From positions 7,688,001 to 7,752,000 of the forward strand of contig NW_024704762.1 in assembly GCF_018977255.1 (NCBI RefSeq): DNA of 64,000 bases, written 5' to 3'. How positions within the stretch are numbered: position 1 is the stretch's first letter; the number at the start of each line of letters is the position of its first letter. Positions 36,346 to 49,627 of the stretch are shown here, piece by piece. The notes beneath the pieces were generated by a model. The model was not told the origin of the DNA and searched no databases. It saw nothing but the letters and a program-made list of their open reading frames with translations. A program made the position numbers and the translations under genes. This DNA is from Callorhinchus milii. Its lineage: Eukaryota.

Positions 36346-36652
36346 GTAATAATAATTCTTGCCTTTGATATAGCGCCTTATCACATCTTCAATATGTCTC
36401 AAAGCACTTCACAGAATATACTCTGAAGTGAATTGACTGTGTATTTTGCGCAGCCAATTGCGCGCAGCAATGTCCCACAAACAGTCGTAGATTGAAAATG
36501 ACCAATTTATTATTGGTTTTGGAGGGATTATTATTAGGCTCTGTGTGGAGTAAGGAAACTTGCCCAAGGTTTCGCCCTGACCTGCCGGGAATTGAACTCA
36601 GGTCTCTCGCTTGCAAAGCGAGTGCTCTAACCACTGAGCTACAGGACTCCAC
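36346..36652 (-). mobile_element. Full-length tRNA-Ala-derived SINE
   Basis: Same A/B boxes and body; copy at 53458-53764. Confidence 0.9.
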
Positions 36653-37006
36653 AAACCCGCACTAGGCTCCATGACCCTATCACCCCCATCCTCGCCCCAA
36701 CTCCACTGACTTCCCATCTCACAGAAGATACAGTTCAAGATCCTGTTCAGTTCAAACAGGCGCCATTCAAATGTAAATTTATTGCTGAATGCAAAATTTC
36801 GAGATCAACTGGTTTGACAAGTGAATAGAACATTCTGGGCAACAGCTGCAATACAAGGATTGCCTTGTGTTGAAATCCAGCCACTTTATTTGCTTCTCAG
36901 AATCCAGAGCAACAACCGAAAATAATCGAGTGAAAAGAGTGATTAGTTGTAGATGTGCTATTTTAATTACCATTATTGTCCCTCTTCCTCTCTCCTCAGA
37001 TTGAGA

Positions 37007-38113
37007 ATGCCTAATTGCAGCAGGTTAGTCTTTCTGTTCCTTGTCACTTTGACTCTGGGTTTAATCTTTGTACTGTTTTTCATTGGGAGCTATAGCATTT
37101 CAGAATCTTGCCTGAGCCCTGTGTGGCACCCAAAATACACCCAGAGCAAATACAAGACGACAAGAGTAAGGTCCATCTGCAAAGTAAATACCTCCGTTCT
37201 CCAGCTTCCCGACTTCTCTAAGGAACCAGCCCAGCTCCAGAACTTTATGAAATACAGGCATTGCCGGGAATTTGAACTGCTCCACAACCTTCCTGACAAA
37301 TGTAAGGAGGACGTCTTCTTGTTGCTGGTGGTAAAATCCAACCCGTTCAACTATGATCGGAGGGAGATGGTGCGGAAGACGTGGGGCAAGGAGCGGGAGG
37401 TACAAGGGGTAAGAATCTGAAGGATCTTCATCGTGGCCCAGACCCCAGATGTGCAGGAACAGGGTAAAGCGAACCAACTGTTGGAAATAGAAAGCAAGGA
37501 GCACCAGGACATCCTGCAGTGGGATTTCCTGGACTCCTTCTTCAATCTAACCCTCAAACAGTATCTGTTCCTCCAGTGGATGGATAATTACTGCCCATCC
37601 GCCCAGTTTATCTTCAACGGTGATGATGACGTCTTTGCTAACACTGACAACATGGTGGAGTTCCTGTTGTTCTCTGCGTCGGCACAGAAGCATCTGTATG
37701 TGGGATACCTCTTTGAAGGCAACAAGCTGGTACGTGACAAACGGAGCAAGTACTATATCCCCTTGATATTGTCCACCTCAAATATCTACGCGCCTTATAT
37801 TGGGGGAGGGGGCATCCTCATGTCTTCCTACTCTGCCAATGCCATCTACAACGCTTCCCAGACTCTGCAGTTATTCCCTATCGATGATGCGTTCCTTGGG
37901 ATGTGCCTGGAAAAGGCTGGACTGAGCCCAAAGTCACATGATGGGTTCAGGACGCTTGGCATCAATGACCTGTTACGCAAAGGCAAAACTGAACAGCCCT
38001 GCATTTTACGCAAGCTCATGTTAGTCCACCGCTACCTGCCTCTCGAGTTGCTGCTCATGTGGGATGCTGTCAACAACCCCAACCTGAAGTGTGGCCATCA
38101 ACCCCATCCATGA
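37007..38113 (+). pseudogene. B3GNT3: B3GNT3-like paralog b with one in-frame nonsense codon
   Basis: Acceptor ctctcctcAG at 36999, ATG 37007 (MPNCSRLVFLFLVTLTLGLIFVLFF TM); TGA at 37418-37420 where paralog a has CGA (Arg); same frame continues with all GT31 motifs to 38113. Confidence 0.85.
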
Positions 38114-39039
38114 AGCCACCTCACTGTTTCTTGACCTGAAGCTTTAAATGAACTTTCGTGCCTGTCAAAATCACTTTTGGCGGTTTTCTATCCGTGATTG
38201 GGAGTTGTGAGCTAATAATTCTTGCTTTTCATATACCACCTCGTCACATCTTCGAGAACAGCTCAAAGCCCCTCACAGAATGTACTGTGAAGCGAATTGA
38301 CTGCGTATCTTGAGTGCGAAACGTGACAGCCAGGAAGGTTATAGCGAATGGGGCTCCAGCAAATCAATCTTTGTAAATCTTTGTAAGTGTCATGTTCTTC
38401 CTGGGGCAGTTTGGTTGGATTCACTGTTGTGCACAATTAGAATGTAAAATAGTTCATTTTCTATCCTTTTTTTCTTCTTTCTTCTAGCAAATTCTTATGT
38501 TCTTATGAAGAACTCTCAACATGATGTTAAATGACTTAGGCAGATCCTTTGAATCCCTGTGAGTGTTGATTAAATGTCGTGAGGCCACAGATGTGGCTCT
38601 AAAACAATTTTATATCATTTTCTTGGGATTAACTTTTATGGTCTTCCATGCAGTTACCTGGTTATACTATTGGGGGTCGCAACAAGCTAACCCCCCCCTC
38701 CCCACCCCCACCCCCCGCAGGGGGAAATTGAACGCAGGTCTCTGTACTGTTACAGTAAAGCAGTCACTTGTTATTCTCTGAATTCGAACCCTCCTTGTGA
38801 CTCTCATCTCACAGTCTGCGCTGACCCACCGGTGCGACACTGAGGGGAGCGTTGTTGCGTTGTCACAGGCGCCGCCGTTCGGATTACGTAACAATAATAA
38901 TAATCCTTGCATTTGAGATAGCGCCCCATCATTTCGTTGAGACGTTTCAAAGAGCTTCCCGGGATACACTGTAAATTGGATTGACTATATCTTGTGAGCG
39001 AAACGCGGCAGCCAGTTTGCGTACAGCGGTGTCGCACGA

Positions 39040-40470
39040 ACAACAACAACAACCAAATTACATGTGTTACAGCGCCTTTCATGTTGGGAGGATGTCCCAA
39101 GGCGCTGGACAGACAGAGTTACGGACCCGAGCTGAGGGTCGGGAGGGAGCGGGGAGGGCAGGGGGAGATCGAAAGCACGGTCGAAGAGGAGGGTCTTGAG
39201 GTGGGTCTTGAAGGTGGTGAGGGAGGGGTGAGATGGAGGGACTGCGGGATGGAGTTGCAGAGGGTGGGTGCAGAGTGGTGGAAGGCTTACCCGCTGATAG
39301 TGGGATGAGTGAGGTGGGGGACGTGAAGCAGGTCAGAGCCACCTGAGCGGAGGGAGAGAATAGGGTGGTAGGGGGGTTAGATGGTCGGAGAGGTCAGGGG
39401 GAGCAAGACTGTGGAGGGCTTTGAAGGTGAGGACCAGGATCTTGAACTGTATTCTCTGTGTGATGGGAAGCCAGTGGAGTCGGGTAAGGATGGGGGTGAT
39501 AGGGTCGCGGAGCCTGGTGCGGGAGAGGACACAGACTGCAGAGTTCTGGATGATCTGCAGCCTATGGAGGGAGGAGTTGGGAAGGCTGACAAGCAGGGAG
39601 TTTGCATAGTCGAGCCTCAGTGCAATGAAAGCGTGTATGAGGGTTTCAGCAGCCTGTGGTGTGAGACAATGTCGGAGTCGGGCGACGTTGCAGAGGTGGG
39701 GGAAGACAGATCGGGTCATGGCGCAGATGTGGGGTAGAAAGGATAGTTAAGGGTCAAACAAGACCCCAAGGTTCCAGACTGGCTTAGCAAGGTGGTGGGT
39801 TTCATACGGGTTATGGTGGTGGTGAGAGCGGAGGGGAAGATAGGTTCAAAGGTGTGGAGGGAGGGGTGGGTAGGGGCTGGGGTTGGAGGGGGAGATGGGG
39901 AGGGGGTAGCAGTTGCATTGGCAGAGGCAGCTGAGCAGATTCCCTTGACTTTGGATTCGAGTAAGTCCAGCTTCGCCTCGCAGTTGGCATTTGAGGTGAG
40001 GATGGGTGAGGCGTGAGAGAGTGGCCGGAGGAGTCGGTTTGTGATGGAGAAGAGGAGCCTGGGGTTGTCCTTGGAGTAGAACAATGATTTAGGGGAGGCG
40101 AGGGCAGAGTGGTAGGATTTGACACGTGCCTGGGCTTTAAGGGAGCGGAGGTGGCTGGTGTACCAGGGTGATTTGCGTGAGTAGGAGACAGTTCAGGAAG
40201 AGAGGGGAGCGAGGGAATTGAGAGTGGAGGAGGGAGCTGTGGAGAAGTTTGACTGAGGAGGATAGATCATTGCAGGAGGACGCCCAGAGGGGAAGGAGTT
40301 CAGATAACTCCGAGGCAGGCGAGAGAGAGAGGGGGGAGCAGTAGATAAGGAGAAGTTTGAGGGAAAGATTGGAGCGGTGATAGAGGAGGGGAAAGTTCCA
40401 GAGGAGCAAAGGGATCGTCTGAGCCGGGAGGGACGAGTTGTGAAATTAGCAGGCGATGCGGTGACTTAAT
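39040..40470 (-). mobile_element. L2 LINE with intact 3' tail, containing the unit 1/unit 2 junction
   Basis: (CAA)n tail at 39040, LHWLP and RLDYANSLL motifs; copy at about 54170-55605. Confidence 0.85.
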
Positions 40471-43400
40471 GTTAAGAGCACAAGTGTTTCTTGAGCCCTG
40501 TCCTGCTGCTGGTTCCATCCTTAAAATAAAGCATTGACCATCATCTATTGCACTTATTCAAGGACCCTTGTTTTTGTAAATTGAAAATGACGCAACTGGT
40601 TTGGGTTTGTAGAGTCCTGACTAGAAACTCAGATTGAAATGAGCAGCCAGGACATTGTGTTGACTGCGATACACTATGTACAGACCCACAGGCACACAGT
40701 CACTGAAGAGATAGAGGGGGATCTTATCCAGACCATTAAACCTTTTTTTGGGGGGGAGGGGCGCGGGTCAGCGAGAGAACGAGAGAGAGAGAGAGTGGGT
40801 AATGTTAGGAATTGGGGAAAGAGAAAATAAGCAGAGAGTAAAGAGAGGGGAGAGGCGCAGAAGGAGAGAAGAAAGAAGGGAGGAAGACAAAAGGGAAGGA
40901 TTGTTAGAAAATGTAATTGATTATTTCTCGTACAAAGGCTTGGGCAAACTGAGCTAACTGGAATCTAAGTAGGTAAAACAACATAGTTTGTCAGTGAGAG
41001 CATCGTATCTGTTGATTGATGAGTCATGAGCTGGATTGCGCTAGAGTCGCCCTGGAATACTGTGGACCCGCCTGCCTCAGGAACCAGACTGGAGACCGCT
41101 GCAGAGGGTGGGATCGATTCCGACACATCACCTCGGAGCCAGGAGACCCTCTTGCCTCACTCCTCTCCATGCCTCGCTGGGAGAAAGTGAGTGAGAGAGA
41201 GGGAGAGAGAGAGAGACAGAGACAGAAATGGAGGGTGGCAGAGTGGTAGTCATGTGCAGTGTCTATCACAACACCGTGTAGCTTCTGCTGTTTGCCTCCA
41301 CTCCATCAGGGCAACACACCTCTACCCGGTACACTGTGTGATCACATCAATTTAAGGAGAGGAGGTGGGGGGTAGTGCTTACGGTCACCTCACCCCTCCC
41401 CCTGGCTCGGGGTCAGACTCCGCCACTGTCAAGCGCTCCGGGATGCGATCCCCCCCCATGTTACTTAACCACGAGTTCTAGTCACTCAATCCTGAATCCT
41501 GACCTGCGTCACGTCCTCACCTTGTAGGACCTGAGGATGAATCCCATTTTTTCTCTGTTGCTCTCGGTCTATCTCAGGGGTTTTTCTCCCGGGGGAAAGA
41601 AACAAACAACAACAACTTGCGTTTGTATAGCACCTGTCACGTCGGCAGGAAGTCTGGCTTAGCAAGGTGGTGGGTTTCATACGGGTTATGGTGGTGGTGA
41701 GAGCGGAGGGGAAGATAGGTTCAAAGGTGTGAAGGGAGGGGTGGGTAGGGGCTGGGAGGGGGAGATGGGGAAGGGGTAACAGTTGCAGTGCCAGAGGCAG
41801 CTGAGCAGATTCCCTTGACTTTGGATTCGAGGAAGTCTAGTATCGTCTCGCAGTTGTCATTTGAGGTGAGGCGTGAGAGGGTGGGTGGAGGAGTCGGTTC
41901 GTGGTGGTGAAGAGGAGCCTGGGGTTGTCCTTAGCCTCCAAGATTGTCTAGGAGTAGAACGACGATTTAGTGGAGGTGAGAGCGGAGTGGTAGGATTTGA
42001 CATGGTCCAGCCAAATCTGCCGGTGGACAGTTAGATTTGATTTAAACCAGGTGCGCTTATCGGAACGCGCCTGGGCTTTAAGGAAGCGGAAAGAAGACCG
42101 AGGTCCACCCACAACAAAACCAACAACAACAAATTGCATTTGTATAGCGGCTTTCACGTCAGAAGGACATCCCAGGCTGGAGCGTCAGCGATTTGGACCT
42201 GAATTGGGGTTTGTGATCAGGAGGGAATAGGAGGCTCAGGCGAAGAGGAGGATCTTGAAGGAGGCAATTTTTTTTAAAAGTCGAATTCGCCATCTTCAAA
42301 TCCCACTAAAAACCTGCCTCTTCGACTGCATCCGGTCGTCTTCCCGATTCTCCCTCTTCTTGTCGTCTGACCCGACCACTGCCCAGCGCTCCGAAACGTT
42401 ATCCCACGCGAACGGGGAGATGTACGAATGCAAGTTGTCGTCGATGTTGACAATCCGCTCCCACAGGCTGGAATTCTGAGCCTCACTGGCGAGAGAACAA
42501 AAAAACAACAACACGTTTAACAAATGTGCAAGTATCCTTATGGCTTAAAAATTATTTTGAGCTTCCTGCTCCTGAACAGAAAGGGTTAACGCAACAGCTA
42601 CCTCTGCTGCTTTCTGCAGATTTGCCTCACAGGTATGCTGGTTGCGAGTTAAAGTGGAGGCTACGAGATCCGACAGATTACAATCCTTGTGGCTAGCGAT
42701 TGTTTTCAGCCGCTTTCAATCAGCTAGAGTTTAAGGTTTATCGTGCCGGTGCCAGCAAATTGACTGTTTCTGTCGACAAGCCAACTGCGGAGTGGAGCGC
42801 TCGTTGTGTCCCATTATCCAGTTCTCAGAGAGAGCTTTCCAGTTTTCTGATACTGAAAGGTAATCGCATAATTACCTACACTTGGCACCGGGTATGTTCT
42901 CTTTCCTTAATCGACCTTGGCCGCAAATTTCTAATTTTTCTAAACGACTTGTTGCAGGCAACCGGAGTCCGGCAATGATAATGTAATAATAATCAGAATC
43001 TGTGTATTAAGAGTCCTTCCCATTATCATTTTATGTTTCTGCTCTGGGTGTAGCTTGATTGCCATTTTGTAAAAACTTATTGGTGGTCTGTTTTCTTACT
43101 CCACTCAGTGTTGCTGTCTCCGTCGTTCATTCTTTTCTGATGTCTTTCGCTGACTCTCTCTCAGTCACCCTATCTCTATCTACCTGTTTGTCTGCTCGGT
43201 GAACAGACAGCAGAAAGAGAAGCTCTGGGATTCTATCCTCCCTGAGGGGCACTATATAAATGCAAGTTGCTGGTCTGACTTTCTCTGTGTGTATATATCT
43301 TATCTCTCTCTTGCCTTGTCTCTGTCTATACATCTCTCTCTCTCTCTTCTATCTGGATTTATCTGTTTCTGTGTGAAGTTTGGTAGAAAAAATAGAAAAG

Positions 43401-46400
43401 CAGATTATTTTCTAGATGGGGAGAGGTTAGGTCGTGTCAGTATTCAGAGGGATTTAGGTGTCCTTGTACACCAATCACAGAAAGTTAGAATGCAGGTACA
43501 GCAAGCAATTAGAAAGGCTAATAGCATGTCAGCACTTATTGAAAAGGAGTTAGAGTACACGAGTAGCAAAGTTTTGCTGCAATTGTATAGAGCCTTGGTG
43601 AGATCGCACCTGGAATATTGTCATCCTCAAAGCTTACTCTCCCACCTAGCTTAGTATCATCTGCAAATTTAGATATTTTAAGTTCTATGTCCTTTTCTAG
43701 ATTGATATAGATTGTAAATATTTGAGGCCCAAGCACTGATCCTTGTGGCACTCCACTCGTCACATCCCACCAATCTGAGAAGGACCCGTTTATCCCTACT
43801 CTCTGTTTTCTTCCCGTTAGCCACTCTTCGATCCATGCTAATACATTGCCTTTAGTTCCATGTGCCCTAATCTTGTGTAGCAGCCTTTTATGTGGCACCT
43901 TGTCGAATGCCTTCTGAAAATCTAAATATAGTACACTACTGGTTTCCCCCCCTATCTAATCTGCTAGTTACATCCTCAAAAAACTCTAAAGGATTTGTTA
44001 AGCATGACTTCCCTTTTGTAAAGCCATGTTGACTCTGCCTAATCATATTATGGTCCTAAGTATCCCACTACAATGTCCCTAATTAAGGATTCTAGAATTT
44101 TCCCTACCACCGATGTCAGACTGACTGGTCTATAATTCGCCATCTTCTCTCTCCCACCCTTCCTAAATAGTGGTGTTACGTTTGCGACCTTCCAATCAAT
44201 GGGAACCATTCCAGAATCCAAGATCAATTTTGCAAGATCAAAAACAAAGCATCTGCTATCTCTACAACCACCTCTTTTAAAACCTGAAGACGCAGGCCAT
44301 CAGGTCCAGGGGATTTGTCATTTTTTAATCTCAACAGTTTCTCTAGTACTAATTCTTTACTGATGTTAATTTTCCTAAGTTGCTCACTAACATTGGCTTC
44401 TTGGTTCCCTCTACTTTTTGTAAGAAAGGATAAACTCGCTTTAGAGGGGGTGCAATGTAGGTTCACTAGGTTGGTTCCTGGGATGAGGTGGTTGATGTAT
44501 GAGCAGAGGTTGAGTATTCCTGCTCCTAATGTTCTTATGTTCTTTCTCTGTTTCTATTATTTTTCGGTCCTATCTCTTTGGATTTGACACTTCGCACAGA
44601 CAGCCTGGATCATCGGCAGACACCCTGCTGACCAAAAAAACAATTTGCAATTCTCTGTCCCCTTTTCAAATAACACAATTGTCTATGTGGCTTTGTGTAT
44701 CAGAGAATTCCACAATCTCACAGCAATGTAAGCAAATGATCTCTTATCTCAATTGTACCAGGTTTAGCTTTAATTTAAGACTATAATGCTTTGCATTGTA
44801 TTCTTCCGCTGGGGTCTAGCGTCCAGGGCTGCCATTAATCTAAAGATTATAAACCAGTTTTTTATTAACCTTTCACTAGAACTAATAACTACAAGTGGCA
44901 CTTCACCGAAGATAATATCTCAGGGATTAATCTAGATAAATATTGCCAGGTGGCTTACAAACTGAGAAGATATTTTCTAGCATCTCATGCAGGAGTTAAT
45001 AATAATAACCCTTAGCATAGCAGTGTCCCACAAACAGTCGTGGATTGAGTGACCAAATTATTATTATTTTTTCGAAGGGATTATTACACCTGGAAAAGCG
45101 ATCTGCTAGTCAACTAGCAACTGGAAGCCTTAACAATAACAGCACCCCAGAGTGCTTGCCAACTCACAGAAAACGATGACTCATAATACAATAGTTCAGG
45201 GCTTTGCATTGTGACAATTATTAATTTTGTTTGCTCTTCCCCTGCCTCCTTCTCCCCACTCCCCCCTACACACCCTCCCCCCTCCCCACTTTTCTCCTCA
45301 TTGCCATTGATCCACATTAGTGTGGGGTTTTAATTAATGTGATTGAGAAACATGAATGACGGTTTTGGTAAAACGCAAACAGGATGTGGTCAAAAAAATG
45401 TCACTAAATAATATTGAAAATATTGAAACTGGTTAGAACACTTGCTTGGTAAGCGAGAGGACAAGGGTTTGATTCTTGGTAGGGTGAAACCTTAGGCAAG
45501 TTTCCTTACAACGCACGCCTCTGTTTACCTAGCAGTAAGTAGGAACCCGGTTGTTAGTCGATTGATGGATCATTTCTCCAGGGGTAATAATCCCTTTAAA
45601 AAAATAATAAATTGGTCACTCAATCCACGACTGTTTGTGGGACGTCACTGTGCACAATCAGCTGCCGCGTTTTGCCCACAAAATACACGGTCAATTCACT
45701 TTACAGTTTATTCTGTGAAGCACTTTGAGACGTCTCGAAGACGTGAGAAGGTGCTACATCAAATGAAAGGATTATTACTATATAGGATTATTATAAAACT
45801 AGCTTGGATGGTTTTGCAAAACCTGTTTGCTCACTTAAAACATTCTGCCACATTTCTCCTCCTCTAAACCATTTAACTGCGTTAAGAATAGAGTAAGCAC
45901 GTTATTCCTGGATGAAAAGTATTCTGTGATGAGTTTGTGCATTGATGTGCATTGAGGATATTGCTGGAGTCTTAACCAGCTAAACACCCAAAGCTTACCA
46001 TGGGGAGCAAGCACTGCCTCCAAACAAAAACTTCCAATACCTGAAAGGTTCATAACGAATGCCCCTTTTTAACAGATAATTTATCTTGCTAAACCACTCA
46101 ATCAACACTCCAATGGATCACAGCAGATTGAGACACTTCATGCAATATAACAATTGCTTTGTGGGTGGGCGGTTAAATACCGGTCAGTTTATTTATTGAT
46201 CTGAATTCGGAACATCTCCGGGGGAAAAAACGTAAGTGAAAGTGTTCTAGAAAGAAGTAGGTGAAAATATTCACCCCAGGACATGATCTGGAACAGTGGT
46301 GGGACAACTTTGGTTCTTGATTGTTCTTGATTGATAGCTACTGGAAACATTTATTTGACACACGCAGTCATCTAGAACACGGTGATGATTGACAGGCCAT

Positions 46401-48863
46401 TTTATGACTCATCCGGGCTGACTACAGCAGATCTAGACACTAGAGAATCATTGTTGGATGTCTTACAAGCTGAGCAACAACAACAACTTGGATTTATATA
46501 GCGTCCTCCACGCCAGACAGCGTCTCAGAGCGCTTTACGATAACGGATTCCGGGACCGAGCCGGGGGAGGGGGAGGAAGATTACCAAAGCGGCTTTTTGG
46601 GAGAGATATTGGCGGAGACGGGCGATGTGTCAGAGGTGGTAGAAGGCAGTGCTGGTGAGAGACTGGATGTGGGGGAGGAAGGATAATTGGGGGTCGAAAC
46701 TGCTGCCTAGGTGGCATACGGGTTCAGAGAGTTTTAGCGGGAGGTCGGGTAGGTGGAGGAGGTGAGAGCCGTGAGATTTTAGACATTGACGAGAGCCAAA
46801 GAGTATGGCTTCCGTCTTGTCAACGTTCAGCTGAAGGAAGTTTGCGCTCATCCAGCCCCTGAGATCTGACAGGCAGAACATCAGGGGACTGGGGGTCGCA
46901 AAGAGAGGTGGAAAAATAGAATTGGGTGTCATCTGCATACACGTGGAACTGTACTTTTCTGCAGTGAAGAACTATCACACATAACAACAAATCAGCACTA
47001 TCTCTGCTCACAGAGAGAGGAGATACAGGCTAGCTCAGAAAATAACCTTTGAGAACAGGAAGGAGAAGAGGGAAGTTGAAAAGCACTTTCTTCCCCTCGC
47101 AAGCTGGTCCTTGAAATGTGGAAGAAAATTTAAAATACAGCACTTTGCACTCCTCCCTGGAGCTGATATACATCAGAGTGGGTAATATCATGCTTGTGAC
47201 TTGCGTGAATGTTGGAGGCTATTTCCAAGTGTGGTTGGAAAAAATGTCACCAAAGAACTGTGGAAAATGCTGAAATGGTTTGGCATATTTTGCCTTAACC
47301 TAGAGGACATTGGTTTCAATTTCCGGGCAAGAACCTTAGGCAAGGTTCCTAACTCCACACGCCTCTGTTGACCTAGACGTAAGTAGGAACCCGGTTGTTA
47401 GTCGATTGGCAGATAGCTTTCCGGGGGTACTAATCACTTCAAAGCAAAAATGTGGTCACACGAACGATGACTGTCTGTGGGACACTGCTGTGCGCAATTG
47501 GCCTCCGGGTTTTGCCCCAAAAATATACAGTCAATTCACTTTACAGTATATTCTGTGAAGCGCTTTGACACGTCCTGAAGAAGTGATAAGGAGCTATATC
47601 AAATGCAAGGATTATTATTGTTAATAAGTAATAATAATGATAATAGTCCTTTCATTTGATACATTGCCTACAAGTAGGGAGGAGTAGGCATCCAATTTGC
47701 ACACAGCAATTGGTCAAACAGTGACAAATTTTACTGGCAGATTCTAGGCTTGGACACCTCGGTAGAAACTCTCTTCTCTTTCCTAATAGTGCCATCCACT
47801 TGAATGGTTAGACAGAACCCCAAACCATATTAAGATTTCTTGGAGACCTGGGGACCAAGAACGTTTGGGGTTCCTCCACAACCTGGAGACAAATAACCCC
47901 ACCCCTGTTGGTTGCATTAGACAAGTGATATAATAATAATCCTTGCATTTGATATAGCGCTTTTCATGTCTTCTAAATGTCTCAAAGCGCTTCACAGAAT
48001 ATACTGTAAAGTGAATTGACTATATATTTGTGGACGAAACGCGGCAGCCAATTAGTACAGCAGTGTTCCACAAACAGTTGTGGATTGAGTGACCAAATTA
48101 TTATTATTATTATTTTTATTATTGTAAACTTTTGGGACTGACCCTCCTTGTAGCTTCCAAACTAACAGGAGACACTTGCTGAACAGGTTTTACAGGAGGT
48201 CAGAGGAGGTTGGACTAATCATGTTGCTTAACATAACACTTTGGGTTAAATTCCTGTCATTTAGTCTCATTCTCTGAATTTGGCACACCTCTTGAAGTAA
48301 GTAAGCATGTTATATAAGGAAAGAAAGGTAGAAAGAAAGGTAGANNNNNNNNNNNNNNNNNNNNNNNNNNNNNNNNNNNNNNNNNNNNNNNNNNNNNNNN
48401 NNNNNNNNNNNNNNNNNNNNNNNNNNNNNNNNNNNNNNNNNNNNNNNNNNNNNNNNNNNNNNNNNNNNNNNNNNNNNNNNNNNNNNNNNNNNNNNNNNNN
48501 NNNNNNNNNNNNNNNNNNNNNNNNNNNNNNNNNNNNNNNNNNNNNNNNNNNNNNNNNNNNNNNNNNNNNNNNNNNNNNNNNNNNNNNNNNNNNNNNNNNN
48601 NNNNNNNNNNNNNNNNNNNNNNNNNNNNNNNNNNNNNNNNNNNNNNNNNNNNNNNNNNNNNNNNNNNNNNNNNNNNNNNNNNNNNNNNNNNNNNNNNNNN
48701 NNNNNNNNNNNNNNNNNNNNNNNNNNNNNNNNNNNNNNNNNNNNNNNNNNNNNNNNNNNNNNNNNNNNNNNNNNNNNNNNNNNNNNNNNNNNNNNNNNNN
48801 NNNNNNNNNNNNNNNNNNNNNNNNNNNNNNNNNNNNNNNNNNNNNNNNNNNNNNNNNNNNNNN

Positions 48864-49549
48864 AGAAAGAAAGGTAGAAAGAAAGGTAGAAAGAAAGGTA
48901 GAAAGAAAGGTAGAAAGAAAGGTAGAAAGAAAGGTAGAAAGAAAGGTAGAAAGAAAGGTAGAAAGAAAGAAAGAAAAAAGGTAGAAAGAAAGGTAGATAG
49001 AAAGGTAGATAGAAAGGTAGATAGAAAGGTAAGTAGAAAGGTAAGTAGAAAGGTAGATAGAAAGGTAGATAGAAAGGTAGATAGAAAGGTAGATAGAAAG
49101 GTAAGTAGAAAGGTAAGTAGAAAGGTAAGTAGAAAGGTAAGTAGAAAAAGAAAGAAAGAAAGGTAGGTAGAAAGAAAGGTAGGTAGAAAGAAAGGTAGGT
49201 AGAAAGAAAGGTAGGTAGAAAGAAAGGTAGGTAGAAAGAAAGGTAGGTAGAAAGAAAGGTAGGTAGAAAGAAAGGTAGGTAGAAAGAAAGGTAGGTAGAA
49301 AGAAAGGTAGGTAGAAAGAAAGGTAGGTAGAAAGAAAGGTAGGTAGAAAGAAAGGTAGGTAGAAAGAAAGGTAGGTAGAAAGAAAGGTAGGTAGAAAGAA
49401 AGGTAGGTAGAAAGAAAGGTAGGTAGAAAGAAAGAAAGGTAGAAAGAAAGGTAGAAAGGTAGAAAGAAAGGTAGAAAGGTAGAAAGAAAGGTAGAAAGGT
49501 AGAAAGAAAGGTAGAAAGGTAGAAAGAAAGGTAGAAAGAAAAGTAGAAA

Positions 49550-49585
<36 letters not shown>

Positions 49586-49589
49586 AAAA
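48864..49589. repeat. Compound purine-rich satellite (AGAAAGAAAGGT, AGATAGAAAGGT, AGGTAGAAAGAAAGGT, GAAA units)
   Basis: Directly visible; ends about 30 nt before the B3GNT splice acceptor. Confidence 0.95.
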
Positions 49590-49627
49590 GTGTTTACTGT
49601 GGTCCTTTAATTCTCCTCAGGTGAAGA

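Larger units (their letters stand above)
16535..39400. repeat. Tandem segmental duplication, unit 1
   Basis: Near identity with 39400-54540 (offset 22866-22867 in the first 9 kb; identical ORF-track translations); block 16535-18786 has a third copy at 54540-56792. Confidence 0.93.
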
